Assembly: GCA_964619725.1 (NCBI GenBank)
Contig: CAZUFC010000001.1
Location: 140,396-204,395 of the forward strand
Source of the DNA: an uncultured bacterium
GTDB taxonomy: Bacteria; CSSED10-310; CAZUFC01
Reading direction: 5' to 3'
Length of the DNA stretch: 64,000 bases
In this document: in pieces, positions 46,343 to 55,167 of the stretch
Position numbering within the stretch: position 1 is the stretch's first letter
Layout of the letters: each line of letters opens with the position of its first letter
Translations under genes and position numbers: made by a program
The notes under the pieces: model-generated
What the model was told of the DNA's origin: nothing
Seen by the model: the letters and a program-made list of their open reading frames with translations, nothing else
Databases searched by the model: none

Positions 46343-47860
46343 ATGCACAGCCCAATTCTTTATCGGTTAGGAGTGCTGCTCATTCTTACGGCGCTCATAT
46401 TCACAGTTGAACCCCAAATTGCAAAAGCAAGCATTACGATTGATTCTTTTGAGACGAGTCAATCATTGACTGCTGAAGGGGATATTCCGCCGGACAATGT
46501 CGAATACGGAACCGTGATTGGAGCGGACATTGCCGGAACGGAACGAGATGCTTACATAGAAATCACCGAAGGCGTCAATTACTTGACATTGAAGTCAAAC
46601 GACGGGGGAAACGGATTGCTGGCCCACAGCCAGGAAACCGGCGTAAAAGGCATTTCATTGCTTGTTTGGGACGGCCCGGACGGAGACCCTTTGTCCATCG
46701 ACTATACAGGCCTCGGCGGTATGGACCTGACTTCCGCCGGCGTTATGGACCATGTCAAGATTCTCGTTTATGAAGAGGACTGGCCGGCAGACATCGTTTT
46801 TTCCGTGTATTCCGATGCCGGCAACTGGTCAAGCTATGAACTTAATTTACCCGGTTTGATTGAAGCGCCGGGCATTTCTTTTTACTTGCCCTTCACCGAC
46901 TTTACGGTCCAGGCCGGCACCGGAGCAGACTTCACAAATGTCGGCGCCCTTTCCATGGAAATTGTCGGACACCACGTTTCAACTGACCTTCGGATACAAT
47001 CCGTTGAAGCCGTTACAGCTTCCATAGGGGATTATGTGTGGTTCGACGAGGACATGGAGGGCGACCAGGATGAAGACCCGGCGCTCTTCGGCCTGAATGA
47101 CGTCGTTATTGAATTATACGAAGATGAAAATTGCGACGGCATTATCGATCCAGAAGATGACCTGTTGGCGACTCATACTACCCAAATCGACCCGCTTACC
47201 GGTTTGCCCGGATGGTACCTGTTCAACGGTCTCCAAAACGGATGCTATGTCGTCAATGTCGATGAATCTTCCCTGCCGGACGGTTTCGTCCTTACCACAA
47301 ATAATGAACCCCATCCGGTCAATCTAGCGATCGGACAAAATTATACGGATGCGGATTTCGGCTATTGGATGCCTCCGCAAGCCTCCCCTACTCCCGTCGT
47401 TACGCCTACTCCAGCGCCATGCGAACCCAGAACGCCCGGTTATTGGAAAGTCCAGTGCAGAAAACATCAGCATGAAAATCCAGAACCCTACTTCCCCATT
47501 ATCAGAGAAGCATCCGCCATCTTCGACGAAATCGGCGATGCCTCCTGCGATACCGTAATGAGCAATCCTCACGGCATGATGCAAAAAGCCCTCTGGCACT
47601 CTCTCTCAACTTGGCTGAATATCTCTTCAGGAAAACTCTCTATGGACACTCCCGTCGACTTCCCGCAATTAACCGCTGCCGTCAATGTAGGCCAGGCTAT
47701 CGAAGAAATTGAAATGCTTATACTCGCAGAACAGGAACTGGAAAGAGCAAAGGATATCGCAGATGCAATCAATAACGGTTGGGCTTTGGATTGTAATGAC
47801 GATCCGCTTCCCGATTCCGGCAAGTCAGGCTTATCCCATTTTTCTTTGCTTAAAAAATAA
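46343..47860 (+). CDS. Secreted protein with SdrD-B-like domain and C-terminal TPGYW...DAINN domain
   Basis: GGAGGAGG RBS; signal peptide; SIGDYVWFD...DADFGY; short PT linker. Confidence 0.8.
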   Translation: MHSPILYRLGVLLILTALIFTVEPQIAKASITIDSFETSQSLTAEGDIPPDNVEYGTVIGADIAGTERDAYIEITEGVNYLTLKSNDGGNGLLAHSQETGVKGISLLVWDGPDGDPLSIDYTGLGGMDLTSAGVMDHVKILVYEEDWPADIVFSVYSDAGNWSSYELNLPGLIEAPGISFYLPFTDFTVQAGTGADFTNVGALSMEIVGHHVSTDLRIQSVEAVTASIGDYVWFDEDMEGDQDEDPALFGLNDVVIELYEDENCDGIIDPEDDLLATHTTQIDPLTGLPGWYLFNGLQNGCYVVNVDESSLPDGFVLTTNNEPHPVNLAIGQNYTDADFGYWMPPQASPTPVVTPTPAPCEPRTPGYWKVQCRKHQHENPEPYFPIIREASAIFDEIGDASCDTVMSNPHGMMQKALWHSLSTWLNISSGKLSMDTPVDFPQLTAAVNVGQAIEEIEMLILAEQELERAKDIADAINNGWALDCNDDPLPDSGKSGLSHFSLLKK

Positions 47861-47939
47861 TACTCTACTCTGAGCGCATTTCGGCTGCTTTCCTGAAAAA
47901 TATATCAGGAAAAAAACCGACTTCGTCGCTCCTTTCATT

Positions 47940-47995
47940 TCAGCGCCTCTCCATAACGTTTCTTCTCATAAATTAACGTTCTGGAGAGGCGTTGA
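47940..47995 (+). terminator. Long hairpin downstream of the 46343 gene
   Basis: TCAGCGCCTCTCCA...TGGAGAGGCGTTGA. Confidence 0.55.
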
Positions 47996-48210
47996 GTCGT
48001 TTAGTCGTTTCTTGATTCATTTATTTCTTTTAAAATTTTAAACGTGGATCAAAATAGGACAAATGTTTTTCAGGAGTTGTCATAAAATCGCGCGAAAAGC
48101 ATAATGAAATAAAGGTTCATTAGGGTTATTTGATGCGCAAGCGAGTATTAAGCGTGTGATAAACCTTGGAGATTAAGACTTAGAAATGAATTATAGTAAG
48201 ACATTGAACT

Positions 48211-48226
48211 CGGCATGAAGATTGCT
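48211..48226 (+). promoter_or_regulatory. sigma54 (-24/-12) promoter
   Basis: CGGCATGAAGATTGCT (GG-N10-GC), about 130 bp upstream of the TTG start at 48356. Confidence 0.65.
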
Positions 48227-48355
48227 TCTGTGTGAATGAAGCGGGAACTTTATTACAAAACGTTCCAATTGCAAACTGATTGGGAAGCAAGGGAATCCGG
48301 AAGACTTTGCGAATCAATCAATGAAATCAAGTTAATCAAAAAGGAGGAGGAAGTT

Positions 48356-49978
48356 TTGAAGAAAGTATTCAAGAATCTGTTAATTTTATCGGTGATGGCT
48401 GTTTTTGTCGGAACGGTTCATGGTGAAGCCTCTTTATGGTTGTTTCCTGACAGCGCCTTACCCGGAGCGCTGACGGACGATTACAATCAGGATCCGACTT
48501 ACGTGGGAGCGGATCAGGATCCGTGGTTGTCTGAGAGTTATGTAATCAGTGAGGATGGATTCATATTAGATGTATATAATCACGGACGGGGAGCAGGCGA
48601 CAACACGGCGTATAGCGTGCAGCTTATTGTAGCTGTTGAGGCGTTGGAAGAGTTTTACAGCGCGACGATAGACGGCGTGTCGTTGACGCCGGCATCATTC
48701 ACATACGGAACGCCGTCGTATTCATGCAGCGGCCGCAACATACCTTATCACGGAGTTTTTCCGACTTATAACACGACGATTGATTTAGGAGACATAGCCC
48801 AGGATGAGATACGCCAGGTGAGTGTAGAGGTAAGCGGGACGGAGAATTTGCGTGTACATTTTGATGCTTACGGCGAGGGATATACGACTCGAACCAGGGG
48901 CAAGAAAATCACGACGAGATGTTATGATGTGTTCAACCCGTTTTCCCATGATGTAACTTTGCTGGGCACGGGGGGGCAGGAGCCGACGCCTGTTCCCTGC
49001 GTATATGATCTTGACATAGTCAAAACGGGTCCAGCGAGCATTTCAGCAGGTGAGACGATCATATATACGATTGACTATTCCAGCGGCGAATCCACATGCG
49101 ATCAGAATAATGTGGTGATAACGGATACATTACCGACATTTTCGATAGCAGGAATGACGTTGCCGGCTCTTCATGTAGTATCGACTGTTTGCACTTGCGG
49201 AACAGATGTTTGTACAGCATCCGACGATGATCTGAGTATAAATTGCAACATCGGCGTATTGGCTGTGGGCGATTATGGTACAGTCACTGTAGAAGCCGTT
49301 GTGAGTCCTTTGATTCCCGGCGGGACCGTATTGACGAACGGAGTTTGCATCGACAGCGCTGAAGCGGACGAGGTCTGCGATTATGTCGACACGACTGTGG
49401 AGCTGCCGCCTCCGCCTCAGAATGATGCCGGCAATGATATAGGAACTCCCGGATTCTGGTGCAATCAGCTTCAACGTTCGCAGGCATGCGCCGATAGTCC
49501 GGATTTATGTTGCGTCCCCAACGGCGACCCCGGACTCTGCAGCAGCGACGGTTATCAGAAATTCAGTTACAATGAGGTCACGACCTGGTTGACCATGATA
49601 CAGTGGTTTTCACGAGTGTTTGATGAGTTGGGTTTCGGCGTGAATCTGGGCGATGCGATAACTTTGATCTGCGGAAGCGATTCCGATCCTACAGTGATGT
49701 CCATTAAATTACAGCGCCATTTGCTGACTTTATGGTACAATCTCACTTCCAATCAGGTTTATTCGGGAACGACCCTTGGTTCACTCTGCGGATACGGACT
49801 CCCTTCCTGCGCTTCAAGCATAGGCGTTGATTTGGATTGGACGGTCGGCGACGTAATGGTTACTGCCGAAAGTGCACTTCTCGCTCCCGATGACGATATA
49901 ACATTAGAATGCTGGAAAAACGTTATCGATGCGATTAATAACGCTCAGGCTCCCGGCGCCGGCGATTGTCCGTTATAA
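48356..49978 (+). CDS. Secreted Cys-rich protein: choice-of-anchor-like N-terminal domain, DUF11 repeat, TPGFW...DAINN domain
   Basis: AGGAGGAGG RBS before TTG 48356; signal peptide; GTP...HGVFPT...HFDAY...PFSHD; DLDIVKTG...YTI...VVITDTLP. Confidence 0.8.
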   Translation: MKKVFKNLLILSVMAVFVGTVHGEASLWLFPDSALPGALTDDYNQDPTYVGADQDPWLSESYVISEDGFILDVYNHGRGAGDNTAYSVQLIVAVEALEEFYSATIDGVSLTPASFTYGTPSYSCSGRNIPYHGVFPTYNTTIDLGDIAQDEIRQVSVEVSGTENLRVHFDAYGEGYTTRTRGKKITTRCYDVFNPFSHDVTLLGTGGQEPTPVPCVYDLDIVKTGPASISAGETIIYTIDYSSGESTCDQNNVVITDTLPTFSIAGMTLPALHVVSTVCTCGTDVCTASDDDLSINCNIGVLAVGDYGTVTVEAVVSPLIPGGTVLTNGVCIDSAEADEVCDYVDTTVELPPPPQNDAGNDIGTPGFWCNQLQRSQACADSPDLCCVPNGDPGLCSSDGYQKFSYNEVTTWLTMIQWFSRVFDELGFGVNLGDAITLICGSDSDPTVMSIKLQRHLLTLWYNLTSNQVYSGTTLGSLCGYGLPSCASSIGVDLDWTVGDVMVTAESALLAPDDDITLECWKNVIDAINNAQAPGAGDCPL

Positions 49979-50030
49979 ACAAAAACGGACCGTCAATTAA
50001 AACCAATTTAATATAAACAGCAGCTTCCGG

Positions 50031-50067
50031 AAAAAGCGCTTCTCGTTAACCGAGAGGCGCTTTTTTT
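50031..50067. terminator. Bidirectional intrinsic terminator
   Basis: AAAAAGCGCTTCTCG-TTAAC-CGAGAGGCGCTTTTTTT between convergent genes. Confidence 0.85.
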
Positions 50068-50142
50068 GCTGGGCAGTCTCTTTTGGATTGATCCAACAAT
50101 TTGAAATGCATGTTTATCTTTCTAAAAACCCGCATATGACGG

Positions 50143-50907
50143 TCAAAATACTATCAATGCGCTGAAATTCAAAATATCCAATAAAGCAGCCGCCAAAGCA
50201 GCATTCAATTCCCACTCGCAACCGAACGATTCATGCAGTCTTTTTATTTGAGCATCCCTGGTCCAGAACGGACAGTCCAAAATATCCTCCAGGCTATCTT
50301 TTTTGAATATTTCATTCAGGATCGCTTCGGAGTTTTCATGGTTTAACTCGGGGAATTTTTTTCTGATGTGAGCGCCCGGTAAAATGATGAGGAAAACGGA
50401 ATGGCGTTTGAAATTTTCCGGGAAACCGAACAGGGACAAACGTCCTGATGGAAATCTCTTAACTGTCAAATTTTCTTCTGAAAGCGGCAGTCCCGATAGA
50501 TTTATCACATCGAGCACAGCGGTTTCCATTTCAGCCGTCGCAGGGGCTTTACGTAAGACAGCGACGGGGGCCTGGAAAATTTGCGAAGGTGAAAGATGCT
50601 TGCTCCGCAGAAATTCCTGGATTCTTTCCAATCGCGTGTGACGATCGTACCTTTTCATGAGTTTTCTCTTTAGCGGATTTATATCGTAATTTTGAACTGA
50701 ATACAGGGCGGTATCAGGCAATCTTACAGAAGCATGGATTTTCATGCAGCGATCGCAATGGAAAAGATGCTTCAATTGATTATCGGCGAGTTCCTCGAAT
50801 GATTTTCCGAGAATCTCTTTCGAAAGGCAATTTTCATGATCATTATCAGAAATGTCATAACTCTGAAACAGTGTTTTCAAAATATCCACGAATTGTTCGT
50901 CGTTCAC
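50143..50907 (-). CDS. Hypothetical protein with zf-HC2/ZAS (anti-sigma-like) motif
   Basis: C...HLFHCDRC (HxxxCxxC) at 50746-50769; GAGG before GTG 50907 (ATG 50952 is an alternative start). Confidence 0.6.
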   Translation of the reverse strand: MNDEQFVDILKTLFQSYDISDNDHENCLSKEILGKSFEELADNQLKHLFHCDRCMKIHASVRLPDTALYSVQNYDINPLKRKLMKRYDRHTRLERIQEFLRSKHLSPSQIFQAPVAVLRKAPATAEMETAVLDVINLSGLPLSEENLTVKRFPSGRLSLFGFPENFKRHSVFLIILPGAHIRKKFPELNHENSEAILNEIFKKDSLEDILDCPFWTRDAQIKRLHESFGCEWELNAALAAALLDILNFSALIVF

Positions 50908-51072
50908 GATGTTACCCTCATTCTCATGAAAAAGAAAAGTTCCGGTCTGCATTTAGTTTCATCGGCAGCGCGCTTATCACGATTATCGCCTCCTATAATT
51001 AAACAATTCAAGGATTATTTTTGCACATAATTTTCTCATATTCAGAAAATATCGAATAAAAATGAAGAAAAC

Positions 51073-52446
51073 TCATTCGCCCCAACCGAATGTCCAGGAA
51101 TCCATGATGCCTCGCACGTCTGTAATTTCATAATTTGTAAAGGCGGCGAACCACATGATATTTCGTGCCGATCCGGCATTTTCCGGCCAGAGGAATTCTT
51201 CCACGACGGTAAATCCACCCGTTCCGGGGGTAAGGTCGATTTCATAATAATTAAATTCAGAAAAATCAGGAGCGAAATAATATTCTCCGAATACTTCCAG
51301 AACGACGAAAAGAGGAATATTTTCATACTGAATCTGATTGGGATTTTCAAAGAAAACGTTGCAGGAGCAGACGTCATTCGGATAATAGAAATTGGAGGGC
51401 ATCCAGAGCATTACAGAAACGGGTTCTGTTTGGGGCGTAGGCGAAGGCGGCACCGGAGTGTCCGTGCCTGGTACGGTTGACGGCGATATGCAAGGGGTAA
51501 AAGTTTCCGAATGTGAGGGAGCAGGAGTGGAACTAGCAATTAAAGTAGATGTCGGAGAGGGAGTCGGTGATGGGGGAGAAGTCGGCGTAATGCTGGGCAG
51601 GGGCGTATTTGAGGGTAGAACAGTCGGCGTTGGTGAAGGCAAAAAATCTTCGATTACGCAGGCTCCCCATCCTTGAAAGGCGGGAGCCGTTATTTCCAGT
51701 AAGATTTCGCCCTGGCAGTCGAACCGGTAAATTTTTCCGAGGGTTCCTTCTATACTTTCCGCTGTCCAGAAAAAATTTCCGTCAAACCAAAGCCCTCGGC
51801 AATGTTCAGAGGGCGGCTGAAAAGAATTTTCCGGGATTTCAGCAACAGCAGGCCAGTCGTCCAGTGTCCAGCATTTAACTACACTTGAATCCGTGAGCGT
51901 CCAGTAATATTCTCCATCCCAGGCCGCCCCCCACACATCTTCATCGTATGAAGCCGTCCCCTCTTTTTCTCCGTCAATGTAATATCGGTTCAAATCCCAT
52001 TCGGTTGCATAAAAGAAAGTTCCGTCGAACGCTACGTCGTAAAAATAATACAGGCTCCAGTCATCAATAATGACTTCCAGATCGCCGGCGTTGAGATCAA
52101 CTTTGTAAAGGCGGGGGGCGAACGCTTCTGCAGCATAAAGTTCATTGTTGACGGCCGCCAGGTCTACGAATCTGTAAAATTCATATTCGAAATAATTCAC
52201 AACATTGCCGTTCATATCGAGTATGTAGATGCGTGAAAGCCACTCCTGGTTGGCCGTAAAAATAATCGCATCGGTGTCTTCCAGTTTTGATCCACGTTCT
52301 AGTTCGCCAGATGAAATAATTTCCTGCATTGCATCGTTCTGGCGGTAGTTTTTTCCGTCTGGGGAGGATATCGGCGAAGAGGCATCCGCAACAGAAACAA
52401 TAAAGTAAAAGAAAAGGAGGATTATGACGTTAATTGCTTTCAACAT
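51073..52446 (-). CDS. Secreted beta-propeller-like protein with P/T linker and shared C-terminal domain
   Basis: Signal peptide; repeated AFDG/AWDG/WFDG blades; PT linker; FLWPE...FGWGE. Confidence 0.8.
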   Translation of the reverse strand: MLKAINVIILLFFYFIVSVADASSPISSPDGKNYRQNDAMQEIISSGELERGSKLEDTDAIIFTANQEWLSRIYILDMNGNVVNYFEYEFYRFVDLAAVNNELYAAEAFAPRLYKVDLNAGDLEVIIDDWSLYYFYDVAFDGTFFYATEWDLNRYYIDGEKEGTASYDEDVWGAAWDGEYYWTLTDSSVVKCWTLDDWPAVAEIPENSFQPPSEHCRGLWFDGNFFWTAESIEGTLGKIYRFDCQGEILLEITAPAFQGWGACVIEDFLPSPTPTVLPSNTPLPSITPTSPPSPTPSPTSTLIASSTPAPSHSETFTPCISPSTVPGTDTPVPPSPTPQTEPVSVMLWMPSNFYYPNDVCSCNVFFENPNQIQYENIPLFVVLEVFGEYYFAPDFSEFNYYEIDLTPGTGGFTVVEEFLWPENAGSARNIMWFAAFTNYEITDVRGIMDSWTFGWGE

Positions 52447-52513
52447 ATTTTTTCTCCAGTGGTCTGAATCGAATCCGGAAATTCGTCGGATCGAGGAATT
52501 AAATCAACAACAT

Positions 52514-53056
52514 TTATTCTTCAATAATTTCAGCGCTGAAAACCTGAATTTTAGCCCCTTGCTGCCAGGCATTCTCCGGTAAACCTGCTTTCCAGCATGT
52601 TCGTTTGAGGAATGTCAAACGGTCCCAGCCGTTATCAACAGCGACCTGCGGAAGAAGAACGCCTCTGTTGTAACCCTTGCTGATGTAAATTCCATGTTTT
52701 CCGATTTCTATTTCATCAATGGTTTTTATTTCTCTGAGAGGAGACAGGACAGACAATTCGATAGAGAGTTCGTCGACTTCCGCAGACTTGACTGGCGGAA
52801 ATCTGGGGTCTCTGAGAGCAGACTCCACGGCCATGTCTCTCACCGCCTTGTAAAGAGGTTTATCAGCCAGAAAACTTCCGATACACCCCCTTAATTGTCC
52901 ATGTTTTTTCAGCGTAACGAAAACTCCTCTCTTTTCCTTCAACACAGCGTCATCTTCTTTGACGGATATGATATCTCCTTCTTCGATGTAATGCCTGATA
53001 GAGTCTCGGGCAATTTGCTGCAGGCGCTGCTTTTGATTTTCCGTTAAATTACTCAC
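52514..53056 (-). CDS. amrA: AmmeMemoRadiSam system protein A (AMMECR1 domain)
   Basis: GVFVTL...LRGCIG; DPRF; SVLSP; LLPQV; KAGL. Confidence 0.9.
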   Translation of the reverse strand: MSNLTENQKQRLQQIARDSIRHYIEEGDIISVKEDDAVLKEKRGVFVTLKKHGQLRGCIGSFLADKPLYKAVRDMAVESALRDPRFPPVKSAEVDELSIELSVLSPLREIKTIDEIEIGKHGIYISKGYNRGVLLPQVAVDNGWDRLTFLKRTCWKAGLPENAWQQGAKIQVFSAEIIEE

Positions 53057-53199
53057 TATACATCCCCCTCCTTGGCGAATGAAAATCCGTTAAGAGATTT
53101 CATCAAATTGATTAAACTCAATCGACGGTTTGAATTCTCCTCCCTTATATCACCGAGAAATCCGGTTTTTTTTTCAAAACACTGAAAACACTCTATGAC

Positions 53200-54780
53200 T
53201 CAGTTATCGCAATGAAAATCAATTTCTTCAAAAACTTGCGCTTCAAAAACAAAAAAATTCATGTCTGATTTCCAGGCATCAGCAGGAAGTCCTGCTTTTC
53301 GAGAAAGCTGACGAAGCGTTTCCTCTATCTCCCAACCTTGCTCAGGCGCCACTTGTGGGAGAAAAACAGCCGAACGGCCATTTTTAAATATTTGAATTCC
53401 ATGTTTGCCGATAACTATATCATCTTTGGATTCCACGGGTTTCAGAGGCGTCAGCACGGAAATTTCTATTTCGATATCTTTCAGTTCCCCGGGCTGAACC
53501 GGCGGAAATCTGTGATCATTAACCGCCGCATTTACAGCGTTATCGATGATGGTCCGCCATAACGGCTTCACAGGTTGAATATATCCGATGCAACCTCGAA
53601 GACGTCCGTTCTTCTTCAAAGTGACGAAAGCCCCTCTTTTTTCTTCAAACAAACTCTCGGTAGATTCGAAATCAGATTTTTTGCGCTCGGTGACATAAGA
53701 ATTCAATGTCCTTCTGGCCAGCTTTATCAATACGCTCTTTTGCCGCTGATTCAGTTTACCGCCTGAATTAAGCTCTTCCCCGGCGCTCGCTTTTTCCGCA
53801 TCAGAGTCTCTTTGGATTTCCTGTTCTTCCGATGCTTGATAAAAAGCCGCAGCGCCGTAACCGACGACTTGTTTTGAATCTCCATATGGACTGTCCGCAG
53901 AATTGGAATAATGCAGCAAAATCCCCTTATCCGCCCCTAATGCTTTACTTAATCGCATTACAGTCATTACAGCAGTGTTCCCGCACATGGGAGTCTGGAG
54001 ATTGGGGACCCCAGCCTTCATGCTTTCATTCAATGTTTTCGCCAAGTGAGAATCATCCAGAGAACAGACAGCTTCCAGAGTTTTTTTGTCTGTTCTCTTC
54101 GCCTGTTTTTCCGGCGGATAATGAGACAGATCACTGCTAGCAACAAGCAGCACATCTCTCCCTTTCAGCGACTCAGGCAGTTTTTGAATTATTGATGCCT
54201 GAGTATTCATAGAATCATAACCGAATAAAACAGGAACGATTTTAATATCATCATAAATAGTTTGCAGAAAAGGCAATTCAACTTCAATACTGTGTTCCGC
54301 CGTATGAGCTCCAGGAATAAAAGAAATATGCTTATCCATCTCCGCAATCTCTTCCGCCAGCTCTCTGTCGATAGTGACAACTCCCAGAGGAGTCCGGTAT
54401 CCTTCCCCCAAATAGACCGATGCTCCTTTGAAATGCGCCCGATGTGCATCTCCAAACAGTATAACCGTGTCGACTTTTCTTGCTTTAACCGCTTTGAATC
54501 CGTGCGCAGCCGTCAGTCCGCTGAAAACATATCCGGCATGCGGAACCATAATGCCTAAAATCTTGCCTTTCACTTCCGGGGGCGATGCATCAGACAGATG
54601 TGCACCCACCGTTTTTTTCAATTCCTCAGCTTCATCAGGATAAAACGCTCCAGTAACCGCCGGCGCACGAATATTTTTTGATTCTGCTCCCGCACAAATT
54701 TGTCCGCTCAGCGCAACTATAATGAAAATGAAAATCAATAAAGAATTCCGTTGACGATCGACTCTTTTCAAAATATTCAT
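53200..54780 (-). CDS. amrB: Signal-peptide-bearing AmrB (MEMO1)-AmrA (AMMECR1) fusion
   Basis: AAGGAG before ATG 54780; hydrophobic N-terminus; PAVTGAFYP, PHAGYVFSG, EHSIEV, SSDLSH, VVGY; then GAFVTL..LRGCIG. Confidence 0.88.
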   Translation of the reverse strand: MNILKRVDRQRNSLLIFIFIIVALSGQICAGAESKNIRAPAVTGAFYPDEAEELKKTVGAHLSDASPPEVKGKILGIMVPHAGYVFSGLTAAHGFKAVKARKVDTVILFGDAHRAHFKGASVYLGEGYRTPLGVVTIDRELAEEIAEMDKHISFIPGAHTAEHSIEVELPFLQTIYDDIKIVPVLFGYDSMNTQASIIQKLPESLKGRDVLLVASSDLSHYPPEKQAKRTDKKTLEAVCSLDDSHLAKTLNESMKAGVPNLQTPMCGNTAVMTVMRLSKALGADKGILLHYSNSADSPYGDSKQVVGYGAAAFYQASEEQEIQRDSDAEKASAGEELNSGGKLNQRQKSVLIKLARRTLNSYVTERKKSDFESTESLFEEKRGAFVTLKKNGRLRGCIGYIQPVKPLWRTIIDNAVNAAVNDHRFPPVQPGELKDIEIEISVLTPLKPVESKDDIVIGKHGIQIFKNGRSAVFLPQVAPEQGWEIEETLRQLSRKAGLPADAWKSDMNFFVFEAQVFEEIDFHCDN

Positions 54781-55167
54781 TATGTTCTCTCCTTTGTTCG
54801 ATTTGCTTAGCCCCTTTATCACAGGGAATAATAGTTTATCAAAAAAATATTTATATGAAAAACCACATGAAGACGAACCCTTGATTGTTCCGCTGAAACA
54901 TCGGACTGAATTTCGACTAATATATCGAATGATATCGAATGAAAAAATTCGCTGCCTGATGCATTGCCAGGTAGAATCTCCGGCCCTGTTCAGAAAATTA
55001 TTTATACTTCTGTTTGACTGACATCTCAGAAAAGAATCGATAATGCTGTTGAACAAAGGCCCTAAAAAATTTAAGATAGCTGAGGAGATGAACTTCGGAT
55101 TCGAGGATGTGACATCCTGGAATAATCAATACTTCATGAACAGTAAGGTTAAAACAGGGAAAACGAA

